Shown here: positions 41,659-55,000 of the stretch, piece after piece
Layout: every line of letters starts with the position of its first letter
How positions within the stretch are numbered: position 1 is the stretch's first letter
Assembly (NCBI GenBank): GCA_951406725.2
Contig: OX597823.1
Span: 1,736,001-1,800,000 of the forward strand
Direction: 5' to 3'
DNA from: Octopus vulgaris
Taxonomy: Eukaryota
DNA length: 64,000 nt
Notes under the pieces: generated by a model
What the model was told of the DNA's origin: nothing
The model's input: the letters and a program-made list of their open reading frames with translations, nothing else
The model's database searches: none
Translations under genes and position numbers: made by a program

Positions 41659-43211
41659 TGTAGCAAGCAAGTTGTAAACGGCCGTAATATGACGTGATGG
41701 TCACGTTGCCCGAACAAGTATAATTCTTAGTTTCCGATTGGTTAAAATTATTGCCCATATTTGAATTCTAAACTTTCGTCAAAGAGAAATCTTTCACGAA
41801 ATACGTTTCTTAGTATTCAGGTCTGAGTAGTTATAAAAACTCTGATTTTGGGGAAATTAATCTGTCCGTTGGTTGTCACTCATCTCCACGACACTTCTTT
41901 GAGATATTGGCTATTTTTATGCTATGTCTATAACTTAAATCCAACAAGACTTATTTGAATTGTTGTGTAAACTCGAGTAGTTTAGTATGAAAGAATTAGC
42001 TAGTATAAATTTTATGTCATAATTCTCTACGACAAATTTCTTTGACTTCTAAATGTACTGTAAATATTAAATGCATGTAACTAAACTAATGTAGTAAATA
42101 TTTTCTCTGCCTTCACTTTTTTCAATCTGTTAATGAAATTTATTTCTGCAATTATGAAACTATGTGTTCTTTTTATATCGGTTAAAAGAACACGAATTTA
42201 TTTATCTTCAACATACATGCACGTTCAATATGTCCGTTAAGTGTCATGACATATATATTTCTCTTCGGCGTTTATGTAACTTGAGTTAGGATCTATGTAT
42301 AGTGATAATACTTATAATTAAGTTATAAGTGGCGGGTTTATCAATATAGTTTCTCACTCAGGAAATAAAATATATTTATTATCTATTCCAAGTCGAAACC
42401 ACATAAATAAGATAAAATATACCCTTACAAAAGTGGTATCCAGTTACCGTTATAAAAGTGGTGACGCTTGTGAAAAATATACAAAATTTCAAATAGAAAA
42501 TAGACGACAGTTTCATTACACAAAATTTTATTAACGGAAATATTTTATATTAAAAGTTGAAGGGAAAAAAAAGAAATAAACAATAATAGTTGTAAGAAGT
42601 TTTAACTGCACTTTCAAGCAAACTAGATTTATACTTCATAGTTGTTGAAAGTATTATTTCACCAAGTGAAAAATTTTTTTTTTTTTAAATTTTAATAAAT
42701 TTGAATGGAAGAAAATATTAAAGAGTTTGAAATGTCTTATTTCGATAAAGGATATAAGCAAGCTTCTACGACAGTTTTATCTCCTGCTTGGATGGGAGAT
42801 GCCATTATCTGGTTTGCTCAATTAGAAGCAAGTTTTGCAGCAAACAGAATAACAACAGAGGCACAAAAATATAACATTGTCAAGTAACTTACCACCAGCT
42901 ATGAGCAATGAAATTAGGGACTTATTAATAGATCCTACCGAACGATTTTCCTATTCTTCCGTAAAGGAATGGATACCAAAAGAGGACTTCCAACTCCAAA
43001 CAAAAACAATTTGCTAAACTGTTCAATAACGAACAACTGGGCGACAGGAAACCTACTCGACTTCTTCGTAGAATGAAAGGTTTCTCTTTCCCGAAAGTTT
43101 AGAATTCAAATATGGGCAGTGATTTTAACCAATGGGAAACTAAAAATTACACTTGTTCGGACAACATGACCATCACGTCATATTACCGCCGTTTGCGACT
43201 TACTTGCTACA
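41659..43211. mobile_element. 1553-bp TGT...ACA element with 138-bp imperfect TIRs and a 4-bp TSD (CTAT)
   Basis: 41659-41796 is the approximate reverse complement of 43074-43211. CTAT is duplicated at 41655-41658 and 43212-43215. Confidence 0.9.
42705..43079 (+). pseudogene. Gypsy-type gag fragment
   Basis: Across two frameshifts it reads SPAWMGDAIIWFAQLEASF..RITTEAQKY..LPP....EIRDLL...EQLGDRKPTRLLRRMK. Confidence 0.8.
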
Positions 43212-43481
43212 CTATCTAGCTCAGATACCAGGAAATCCCAAAATGGCAGAAATTCAAAAAATATTGCTCGTGGGAACTGCACATATCTTACGTAAAGTAC
43301 TGTCTATGTAATCTCAAATTTTAATACAAACTCATAATAATTTTCTTAAACATTCACTAGAACAATACTATGTTCAAAACCAAATATATGACACCCTAGG
43401 CATAACACCAATATGAACTTCTAACTTGTCTCTGGATGAGACTTGGAGTCAACTTGTACAAATACAAAGTAAAAGTCAAAA

Positions 43482-43551
<70 letters not shown>

Positions 43552-43552
<1 letters not shown>

Positions 43553-44820
43553 GAGAAAGAAATGACAGAAAAATTGAAGGTGGAGTACTTGCGCAGACTA
43601 CTGAGACTGATCCTTAAGTCGAAATTAAACGACCGAAATAAGATTGAACCTGGGCGGTTTCACTCCTCAGATATGGAGCAGGAGTAATCGCATGGACAGT
43701 AGAAGAACTAAACAGCTTAGACAGAAAGACAAGGAAGTTGCTAACTAGATATGGAATACTCCACCCAAAAGGTGACACAGACAGACTGCATGTACCAAGA
43801 AAAAGAGGGGGAAGAGGGCTGATTGGATGCGAACACAGCATTAGAGCAGAAGAAAACAACATAGCACGGTATCTAGAAAATGCCACAGAACCGCTATTAT
43901 TGGAAGTAGGAAGGTCAGGTTTGTGTAGGATAAAAGATAGCAAAGATAAAGTACTATACAAGAAATTGAAAACGAATGAAACTGAAAATAGGTGGGTAAA
44001 GAAAAGAATGCATGGTCAATTTCATAGGGATGTTGAAGATAAGACAGACAGAGAAAAAAGATGGTTGTGGATGACTAAAATGGATTTAAAACCGGAAACG
44101 GAGGCTCTAATCTGTGCTGCCCAAGAGCAAGCACTAAAAACAAACTACATAAAATACAGAATAGACAACACAGCAGAAAGTGATAAGTGCAGAATCTGTG
44201 GACAAACCGGTGAAGCCATATGGCGTATTAGCAGCCAATGTACGCCACAAACCCAGAAGGGATATAAGAGACACCACGACAATATAGCCAGGCTTTTCCA
44301 TTGGACACTTTGCAACAAGTATGGACTTGAAAGAGCAAAAAATTCGTACGACCACAAACCTGAAGGCATCTTTGAAAAATAGAAATGTAGAGATCCTATG
44401 GGATTTTATGATACAGTGTGACCATGAGATTGAGAATAGGAAACCGGACATAGTGTTAATTGAGAAAGAAAAGAAACTATGCTGGATCATAGATATTGCA
44501 TGCCCAGCTGACAACAAGGTATGCGATAAAGAAGAAAGAAAAGTCAAGAGATTTGACAGGTTAGCTTGGGAAGTTAAGCAGTTGTGGTCGATGAGAAAGG
44601 TAGCATTAGTACCAATAATTGTCGGAGCCCTGGGAACAGTGAGCAAAAATCACGTGAAGTATGTGGAACGAAAAGGGGCTGCAATACGGGTGGAGCACTT
44701 GCAGAAAACAGAACTGCTTGGAACCGCTCGAATACTCCGGAAGGTGCTCGAAAAATAAGAGGTGTTACCATAGTTCACTGGTAGTGAACAGCTGACACTG
44801 TAGTACATTTCCAGCGTTAG
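43552..44820 (+). mobile_element. Family A 5'-truncated copy in (TAA)n
   Basis: ORFs 43738-44382 and 44321-44758 (RKPDIVL, DIACP, LGTARILRK) are highly similar to 140-1410 on the minus strand. Confidence 0.93.
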
Positions 44821-44894
44821 ATGATGACGATGATGACAATAACAACAACAACAACAAAACAATAATAATAATAATAATTATAATAATAGTAGTA

Positions 44895-44951
<57 letters not shown>

Positions 44952-44966
44952 GTAATAATAATAATA

Positions 44967-45020
<54 letters not shown>

Positions 45021-45023
<3 letters not shown>

Positions 45024-45190
45024 TAATTTTGTTTTTTTTTAGACATTCACTAGTACAACACCAAAAAAAAAAACAAATATATGGCACACTTGGCATAACA
45101 ACAACATGAACTTCCAACCTGTTGTCTCTTGAGGTCTCTGGGTGAGACTTGGAGCCAACTTGTACAAATATAAAGCAAAAGTCAAACATA

Positions 45191-45191
<1 letters not shown>
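45021..45191 (+). mobile_element. Family C 3'UTR fragment in (TAA)n
   Basis: Matches 55840-56001. Confidence 0.8.
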
Positions 45192-45242
<51 letters not shown>

Positions 45243-45246
<4 letters not shown>

Positions 45247-45800
45247 GCCCTGATGCAGTACCAGGCAGTGGCTCTCATGGCTTCTGATCTTAACTGATTG
45301 GAAGTGTTATCATGTACATTGTTTTGTCTTGGTATAAAAGATGGGCTACAGCAAATATTCTGCTCAATACCACAGATTTGCTTGTCAGTTGTTTGACCAT
45401 AACCAGTTGAGCATGTCCCTTAGTGGCTGACGATATGTGCATCTCTGATCACGAGCAGAAGTAGTGGGGGAGCATCATAGCCATGTGTTGAGAGGGATTC
45501 TTTGGAGTTTGAATGGTTCACCTCTGGAAACATAGGTGTTTCGTTCAACATCCTAAAGCAACCCTTATTCAGGGACCGTTTGAGCAGGATGGGCTACTCA
45601 ACCTGAAGAAAATTCTAACTGGGCCCCACCTGCAAGGTCATGTGCTGTTTATCTTGATATGAGATCACCATGTCGCGCACATATGGTTGTGATGCATGTG
45701 CCTGGTGTACCTTTATCAGACGGGTAGTCATGATGGGTATATTGGGCTTCGTATATTTTACCCCAGTGTCACTTTGATGGCATGAACTGCTCTCTCACTC
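45243..45800 (+). mobile_element. About 560-bp non-coding interspersed element flanked by (TAA)n
   Basis: A second, deleted copy at 59673-59987 has the identical left end AAATGCCCTGATGCAGTACCAG. Confidence 0.75.
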
Positions 45801-45865
<65 letters not shown>

Positions 45866-46324
45866 AAAAAGAAAGAAAAACAATAAATCGATGTGTAAGT
45901 AAATAAGTTATTGATAAAATATTGAATATCGGAGTTTTCTTCCAAATTCCAGAAATTTGCCATTCTACCCACAATGCAGCGGGGTTGGGGTTCTGAAGAG
46001 TGTATAAAGAGAATTGATTCTCTCACCTTGTTGTTTAAACACACCTGATCATACTTCATCTCTTTCGTTCTTTATTTCTGTTCCAATTTGATTTTGTTTT
46101 CCTTTCTCTTCATTCCCCCTCCTCTTCCTTCCCCTATCCTCCATATTCTATTTTCTATCCTTGTTATTCCTGCCATTATTAGTCAGCCAATTCCGAACTC
46201 CTTTAATTTTTTTCCTTTTCATTTCTTCTTTTTCCAGTTTCTTTTCTTCTTTTTTTAAAAATTTCTTTCTTTCTTTCAATCGCCGGTTGATTCTTTATAT
46301 TTCTTTTCATTCTTATTTTTTATT

Positions 46325-46698
46325 GCATGTATGTACGTATGTGTGTATGTATATATGTATGTGGATATATGCTTGTATGTATGATTGTATGTTTGTATGT
46401 ATGTATTTATGTATGAATGAATGTGTATATATGTATGTGTGTATGCTTGTATGTATGTATGTATGCATGTATGTATGTATGCTTGTATGTATGTATGTAT
46501 GCATGTATGTACGTATGTATGTATGCATGTATGTATGTATGTATGTATGTATATATCTATGTATGTATGTATGTGTGTGTATGTACGTATGTATATATGT
46601 ACGTACGTACATGTATGTATGTATGTATGAATGTATGTAAGTATGTATGTATGTATGTATGTATGTATGTATGTATGTATGTATGTATGTATGTATGT
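46325..46698. repeat. (TATG)n microsatellite
   Basis: Seen directly. Confidence 0.95.
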
Positions 46699-46699
46699 G

Positions 46700-47200
46700 T
46701 GTTGTGTCAGGTCACTTTCGAGTGCTACTGGTAACATGTAATCCAGTACGACTTGTTGCATGGTCGGGTCGTCGGCAACTAAACCGGTAACCCCACCATG
46801 CTTGCTTGGTGAGGAGGGTGTTTATTGGACACCCTGCGGATGAAAAACAAAACCCGTCAGAGGGCGGAGGAACTCTTGAGAGTCAATGGCCATCCTATAT
46901 ATGTCTTAAGGCTGTATCATGCGCGGGGACATAGAAATAATCGGACTGAATACCCGATCGCGCGGTTAAACCATTGGGAGTGAAGGACTCCTAGCCTTTG
47001 ATAGGGCATCCTTCTGGGAGAAGGTAACTCAGGTAACTGGGATAACTCCGTCATAAAACCTGCGGCTCAGTGGTTACCGATGATGTTGACTTGTTCTTCT
47101 TTTCGGATTATGGCTGCTGTTGCTTAGTGAGTGGGATTGACTCAGTGCACAGCCTTTCCTCACTTAAAAAAAAATCTTCTTGCACAGGCATTGCACGATA
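46700..47200 (+). mobile_element. Probable RTE-clade LINE 5'UTR fragment
   Basis: GC-richer island between (TATG)n tracts. The motifs CCACCATGCTTGCTTGGTGAGGAGGG and GGGCATCCTTCTGGGAGAAGGTAACTC recall RTE 5'UTRs. No ORF. Confidence 0.45.
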
Positions 47201-47684
47201 ACAACATTGATTAAGCTTCGTGCAATGGCCATACTCGATAACGAGGGGGCAGCCACCATGTATGTATGTATGTATGTATGTATGTATGTATGTATGTGTG
47301 TATGTGTGTATGTATGTATGTATGTATGTATGTATGTGTGTATGTATGTGCAGAATTTGTATGTTTTATGTATGTATACTCGTGCATATAGTTGCATATC
47401 TAGACATGCTCATATATATTTAAATGATAAACGTCTGGAAAGTTTTACAGATTTTAAATATTTTTAGAATAAATTTTGACCGGCCAAAACTTGGCAACAA
47501 AAAAACATCTTGGTTTGTTCGTCATCCTTTAAATCTTAAAAAGGTCTTACAGCTTTTTATGGGACCAGACATTGTAATCATTTGTATGAATTAAGGATTT
47601 GCGTTCTCTCCCCAAGAACCCTAATTCAACCATACTTTGCACCAAATGGATCGGTATGTATCCTGTTGCTCCGATAATAATGAG

Positions 47685-47925
47685 CTGAAATACAGACTAG
47701 ACATCACAGCAGAAAGTGATAAGTGTAGAATCTGTGGACAAAACAGTGAATCCATATGGCGTATTAGCAGCCAATGTAGGCCACAAACCCAGAAGGGATT
47801 GAGAAAGAAAACAAACTATGCTGGATCACAGATATTGCACGCCCAGCCGACAACAAGGTGTGCGATAAAGAAGAAAGAAAAGTCGAGAGATATGACAGGT
47901 TAGCTTGGGAAGTTAAGCAGTCGTA
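47685..47925 (+). mobile_element. Internally deleted family A fragment
   Basis: KYRLDITAESDKCRICGQ is joined directly to the WIIDIA.PAD region. Confidence 0.8.
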
Positions 47926-48464
47926 TTGATAGTCTGTATAATGAGCTGAAAGTCTTATCTTGGATAATGGATTTACAAATTACTTATTAATGGTCCACGA
48001 ATGCACTCTTTCTATTGCATTTTTCTAATGAAGACTATATATGTATGAATGTATGTATGCATGCATATTTATATGTTTGTTTGTATGCAGGCTGTAACAT
48101 CGACCAATCTCCCTGTCACGCAATACTCGACGCAAAATAACAATAAACACTATTTAACAACATGAATATAAATATTTATTCGGAATAAATCAGGAGTAAA
48201 TAACATCTGATATGCAAAACAATATATATATAATGTGTGTGCATATGTAAATATATGCATATATGTTTGTGTGTGTTTGTGTGTGCGCGCGCGTGTGTAT
48301 GAGAGAGTGTGTGTGTGGATATATATATATATATATATATTCATACGTTTTATTTGTGCGTTATCAAGGCTACCAACGATTTCAGGTTAAGATCTGTAAA
48401 CAATTTTTTCAAGCCTGTCACGTGCGAACGTTGGTACTCGTCTCCATTTTAGCGTATATGTGTG

Positions 48465-48586
<122 letters not shown>

Positions 48587-48739
48587 CATACATACATACA
48601 TGCATTCATGCACATACATACATACAGACAGACATATATATATACATGCATGCATACATACATACACTATACACACGTAACCCAATCGACAAAGGTTATA
48701 TAAAACTAGTTCCATCCGAAACCAATTTTGGGTTATTTT

Positions 48740-49290
48740 CAGTCTGGAAAATCCTGGCTGTCTGCATTTCTTCAGTAAAAACGAAAAGTTGCTTAGCACA
48801 GATCGACCTAAGAATTTGTCGCGCATGCGCACTAAGCGATAACGTTCTAGCTGAATTCTGTTGTTTATAGCAGTACTAGGAAGGAATAGGCGTAGAGCGC
48901 GGTCGTCTCAAATCGAAGATCGGTTTTCAGCGGCGCATGATTTCCCTGACTCTGTCGCAGAAGACGAAAGCTTTTTGAAACTGGTCATAACAGGTGACGA
49001 ATCGTGGGTCCATGGCTATGACCCCGAAACCAGGTTTCAGTCTTCGCAGTACAAGACTTCAACAAGATTTCAAGACGTCGAGGAAATCCACGGGAATTCG
49101 ACAAGGTAGCTGCTCGCTATCCCAAAACAAGGTGTTCCGGGAATGCTTCCATGAATGGAAACGACGCTGGATAAAGAGGGTGGTTTCAGAAAGGGGATCA
49201 CTTCGAGTGGGGATTAAATGCCGGGTTGATATGTGTTGTAATATTTCTTTTTATAGCATCAGTCCCGATACTTTTTGATCAGACCTCATA
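48740..49290 (+). mobile_element. Internally deleted mariner relic
   Basis: VITGDESWVHGYDPET and FHEWKRRW; right TIR CCCGATACTTTTTGATCAGACCTC.TA. Confidence 0.8.
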
Positions 49291-49334
49291 TATAATAGAT
49301 GCATGCATACATATATACATACATACACACACAC

Positions 49335-49373
<39 letters not shown>

Positions 49374-49516
49374 AATATATATGTGCAAATATATACATAT
49401 ATATACATATATATACATATATAGATACATATATACATGTATATATGCATATATATATATACATATATATGCACATATATATATATATGCATACATATAT
49501 ACATATATATGCAAAC

Positions 49517-49547
<31 letters not shown>

Positions 49548-49904
49548 TATATATATATATGCATACATATACATACATATATATATATATATATATGTAT
49601 ACATACATATATATATATACGTATATGCATACATAATTACATACATATATATGTATATGCACATATGTGTGTGTTTATTTATCGTGTGTAGATGAAATAT
49701 ATGTACGTACATATATACACACTAATACGACTGACTACCCAGAATATAAAGTATATATTTTGGCAGATAAAATTTTAGTCTCCTCACCTCTCCCCACACA
49801 CCACACCACACATACACATACTTGCATACACACAGATATATACACACGTGTGTGTGTGCGTGCATGTATATGAATGCATACAATAGATAGACAAACAAAA
49901 AGAC

Positions 49905-49999
<95 letters not shown>

Positions 50000-50786
50000 T
50001 GTATATTACCTGTTCCCCCATCAAGCTTCCATAATAACCAACTTCAAACCAAAATATCAATCGTCGGAACCCTGGAAAACAGATGATGTTATCCCGGACC
50101 CATTGATATTCGGTTCGAACCCAGATATTATGGAACTCAGGATATTTCAAAGGAACTGCAGCGTTTTTTTTAAATAAATACACAGATATATATTCATGTG
50201 AATGTATGTGGTTGCATATACACATTGATATGCATATATATAAACCTCTGTGTGTGTGTGCATGTGTGTGTGCGTGTGTGTGTGCGCGCGCGCTTGTCTG
50301 CATTCGTAAATAAATCTCTCTAATACAGTTTATGAAAATCTCTGTTGCTGTTCCGTATGAAGAAGTCGATGGCAGCAAGAAGCCCTGCAATAACAACTGA
50401 AACAACATCAGCAACGATAAGAAGAACAACGACTTAAAAGAATAACGGCTGCAACAACAGCAACAACAATAAATTCCATGTGACTTGTTAATGTTATTTA
50501 GCCCTTGGCCAATCCTGATGGGGTAGAAGATGTCATTGATCTTCCTCTGTGTGGGTCGCAGGAAAAGTGAAATTATTGAGTCAGTGGTCGGCAGACAGTT
50601 TTAGGAGGGAATCCATCGCGTTCAGAGCTCGAATCCTGCTCATGGTTGACCTTTCCTTTCATACTTTTGGTGTTAATGAAATAATGTACCAGCTGTATTT
50701 TGATATAATCGATATAATCGATAGCGCCTTTTCATAAAATATGGCGTGATATCAATGTCAGAAATCGATATCATGTGTAGAGCTGA

Positions 50787-50960
50787 GGCGGTGAACTGGC
50801 AGATACGTTAGCACATCGGGCAAAATGCTTAGCGGCATTTCGTCTGTCTTGACGTTCTGAGTTCAAATACCGCCAAGGTCGACTTTACCTTTCATTCTTT
50901 CGAACTCGGTAAAAAAGTACCCGCTGAGCACTGGGGTCGATGTCATCGACTTGCCCCCAC
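50787..50960 (+). mobile_element. tRNA-derived SINE family 2
   Basis: GGCGGTGAACTGGCAGA..GTTAGCAC...GAGTTCAAATACCGCC..GTCGACTTT.CCTTTCAT. Confidence 0.75.
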
Positions 50961-51340
50961 CCCCATATTGAAACCAATATTATTTGTGGATCGATGGTAG
51001 GCGATGTAAGGGGTAAAGTAAGACACTGTTTCATTATTCCCCCTTTATGCCATGAATTTACTTCCCACTAAACTTAACTTGGTCCTTCCTAGATATCAGT
51101 CATATCCTGGGGCAGACTTAATCCACTATATATTACCCCTTGAAATGCTTGGCTTTTAGAAACCGATGTTGGTTTTGTTAGCGTTTCAAAAAGAGCGTCG
51201 CTGGTTCAAATTTCGCTAGTGCTGATTTTCTTTTTCACCTCCCTTGTGTCTATAAGTAGTACCAGTCATGTACTGCGGTTAAAACTATACATTACAGCCG
51301 TTCTCACCAAAATATTTACCCCTTGTACTTTTCTCTCCCT

Positions 51341-51405
<65 letters not shown>

Positions 51406-51594
51406 TCCCTCATAAGTCATTGCAATATACACGTCAGCAATGTGAGATGACTTTTACAAGAGCATCATCAACTTATTATTACCAGACATTATAAAATAAC
51501 GTCCACTGCTGTTTCAATAGTACCTGTAATATATTGAGGACATTCAAATACAAACATGGCTGCCGTTGCTTTTGTAATGTTGTCAGTGTTACTA

Positions 51595-51628
<34 letters not shown>

Positions 51629-51810
51629 CGGTACTGCAGCTGCCTCTTTTGTTGTTGTTGTTCTTATTGTTGTTGTTTGTCGTATTTGATGTCGCTGTTA
51701 TATACACATAGTTTACATAGAAATTCGATATCCAATACTCATGGCGGAAGTGTCGGCGTTTCACGTTTACAGTTTTCTTGTTGGTGTTCTTGTTGTTGTA
51801 GTAGTCTCCA

Positions 51811-51868
51811 TCATTTGCTGCATCTTAAGTGCTCGAAGAAGTTGTAATAGTGCCATCCACTCTTCCGA
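51811..51868 (-). CDS. Prohormone-3-like terminal coding exon C (SRKSGWHYYNFFEHLRCSK*)
   Basis: Acceptor ttttttttcag|T. Phase 2 matches the exon B donor. Supplies the 10th Cys of the prokineticin-like domain and ends in TGA at 51813-51811. Followed by low-complexity CAA/CAG-rich sequence typical of a 3'UTR. Confidence 0.78.
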
Positions 51869-51949
51869 CTGAAAAAAAACAACAACAACATCATCAACAA
51901 CAACAACAACAAAAACAACAACAACAACAAAAACAACAACAACAACAAC

Positions 51950-51999
<50 letters not shown>

Positions 52000-52000
<1 letters not shown>

Positions 52001-55000
52001 CTATGCTATCAACAAAAAGAATACAGACGAATACAGATCTGCTAGCCTTAAGAAGCTGCGCTACGAACAATGTTTACGTGCAGAGAATCCTAAACTGACA
52101 GATCCGTCTCTTAATGTAAGAGTCGAAGCTCGTCATGCTTCAATGTCAACAAAACAACCTACAATCCGCGATGGTCATCGAGCGGACTACAAAAGACCAC
52201 GTACCCGAAAATTGAACCAAAGTCTGATTGAAAAATCAGCTACTGGTTCAAATCTTCCCGACACACAGGAGCTGGACGTACCCCGCAACTGGAATATTCC
52301 AACAGATGGCCATCCATGCTCATACCAAACACTCAAAAGAAAAAGAAGGAAAAATGGACTAGGGAAGATAATAAAGAAGTTCTTGCGGCCTTCTACCATG
52401 CCATATATTTCCCCACAGATAAATCTAACACTGTACAAACATACTTAAACTGGAGACAGAAACACCCTGAAGCAAGACCCTACATAGACAGTAACAAACT
52501 TGCCAACGTCAGAAGATACATTATAAAAAAAAATTACTGACTGAAGTAGAGATTGACCAAATTAGACAAGCAGTAACGGATAAAATGAACGAAGCTGCAG
52601 TTAAAGAAGATAATACGGAGGAAATAATTATAGACCAGCCCAGGGCTGATAAAAACGCAGTAAGGATTGAAAGAGCTAGTATAAGTGATAGGCAAAGTGA
52701 AATACTCCCTCAACTAATCATAAACACTAAGACAGATGAACATCAAACAGATGAAGAAAGTCACACAAATGTTGACCCAACAAAACTATATGAGATAAAA
52801 TGTCAAATCATGATTGAATGGCTGAAAATTAAAGAAACCAGCATGGATGAACGCGATACACTCCCTAAAATTCGCAACTCTAACCAAAACATGAAAATAA
52901 TTGGTAAAATCCGGCTTGCACTTAAGGATATAATGTCAGCTAATGATGTTGATATCACAGATCTCAACCACCTGTACTACGCGTCCGCGAAAACCTCAAC
53001 GATTCTATGTAGTGAAAAGATTAGAAAACGGCAACATTCCCACAAAAAGCCTTCTTGGCAAGAGCGTATCCAACGACAAATTAAACTATTTAGATCTGAC
53101 AATGAATATTTGAAAAACCTTAAGGTTGACAAGACTACCAAACCTACAAAAACCCAAAAACTAATGAAAAAATATAATATGAAAACTATACTTGATATTG
53201 ATGCCACCATAGAAACCATCAAGCAAAAGGTATCTGCTAAAGCTGCCCACATAGCTAGGTATGAAAAGCGTGTTAGATTCTTCAAAGACAACATGTTCAA
53301 AAATAACCCCAAAAACTTTTACAGGAAGATAGGCAAAACACCAGTTACTGTAAAGTCAGTACCATCAAAAGAAGAAGTGCAGGGATTTTGGAATAAAATT
53401 TGGGCAGAAGACAAAACACACAACGAAAAGGCCCCCTGGATTGATAGAATATCTACAGAACTGGACTCCTTAGAAGAGCAAAAGTGGGAGGGTGTCAAGG
53501 TAGAAGATATAAGATCTGTTCTCAGGAGGTCAAGCAAATGGAAGTCTCCAGGAAAGGATAAAATCCCGAACTTCTGGTTGAATATCTTCCCAGAGAGCCA
53601 TGAACTGCTAACAGAACTTTACAATGATGTTTTGCAACACCCTAGTAGGATGCCTCCTTGGCTAGTTAATGGGTTAACATTCCTGCTTCCAAAAAGTGAA
53701 GAAACAAATGAACCAAAAAACTATAGACCCATAACCTGCTTAACAACTATGTATAAAACGCTAACATCTGTCCTGACGGAATATACCTATAGTTTTTTAA
53801 CAGACATCAGCATATTCCCTAATGAACAGAAAGGATGTAAACGTGGATCCTACGGTTGTAAAGATCAACTACTCGTCAATATAATGATCTTAGAAGATTG
53901 TCACAAACGACACAAAAACTTATCAATAGCCTGGATCGACTATAAAAAGGCGTTTGATAGCCTAACACATAACTGGATAAAGAAATGCCTTGAAATGTAC
54001 AAAATAGCGCCTACTCTGCGAAACTTTTTGTCTGTAAGTATGAGATCATGGAGAACCACACTAACTTTGAACAGTGACAATGAATCTCTAAATGCTGGTG
54101 ATGTAAAAATTTCATGTGGCATTTTCCAGGGCGACTCACTATCACCACTCCTCTTTTGTTTTGCCTTAATACTCTCTCAAAACTGCTCAATGACTCGCAG
54201 TACGGATATAAATTGTTTGATAAAAATATAAATCATCTCATTTACATGGATGATTTAAAGCTCTTTGCAAAAAATGACCAACAACTCAAGGGCTTACTAG
54301 TGATTGTTAAACAATTCAGTGATGACATCAGAATGCAATTTGGCCTCGATAAATGTGCAAAGGAAAAATGACAGAAACATCTAACGTTAACCTTGACCAG
54401 CAGAATGTCATAAAAGAATTAGACCCAGCGGAGAGCTACAAGTACCTAGGGGTAATTGAAGGGGACGGAATAAGGCATTCAGAGATGAAGGAAAGGATCA
54501 GGAGAGAATGTTATCGCAGAGTAAGAGCAATACTCAAGACAGAGCTAAATGCGAGAAACAGGATCGAAGCGATCAATGCTTTAGCCATACCAGTCGTGAC
54601 TTACAGTTTCAATATCGTTAACTGGTCAATTACTGAAATATGTAATCTTGACAGAAAAAATACGAAAACTGTTGACAATGCATAGAATGCACCACCCTAA
54701 GGCAGATATAGAACGACTTTATCTGCCAAGAAAAGAGGGAGGCTGTGGACTTTTACAACTGACAATAACAATGAATATCGCTACAATTGGCCTAGACACC
54801 TACCTGAAAAACTCTGAGGACTGGATGTTAAAACTTGTCTCAAAACATGAAAACCAGAAAGCACCAGTAACAAAACAGGCAAAGGAATATCTAAGTGAAT
54901 TCCGAATACAACAAATTTCGGAATTAGACATACAAGAAACAAGCACAGAAAAAGCTAAACGCATGAAAGCCCGTGCTAAAACTGCTGCCTTAGATATTCT

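Larger units (their letters stand above)
41548..43485 (+). mobile_element. Family C 3' end (RLE C-terminus + 3'UTR), split by the insertion at 41659-43211
   Basis: LSKYKDLEIEIGKMW before the insertion and AQIPGNPKMAEIQK after it; colinear with 55600-56001. Confidence 0.85.

Noticed and set aside
45965-45992. Another phase-compatible last-exon candidate (RTPTPLHCG*)
   Set aside because: More distal, weaker acceptor, and no family resemblance.
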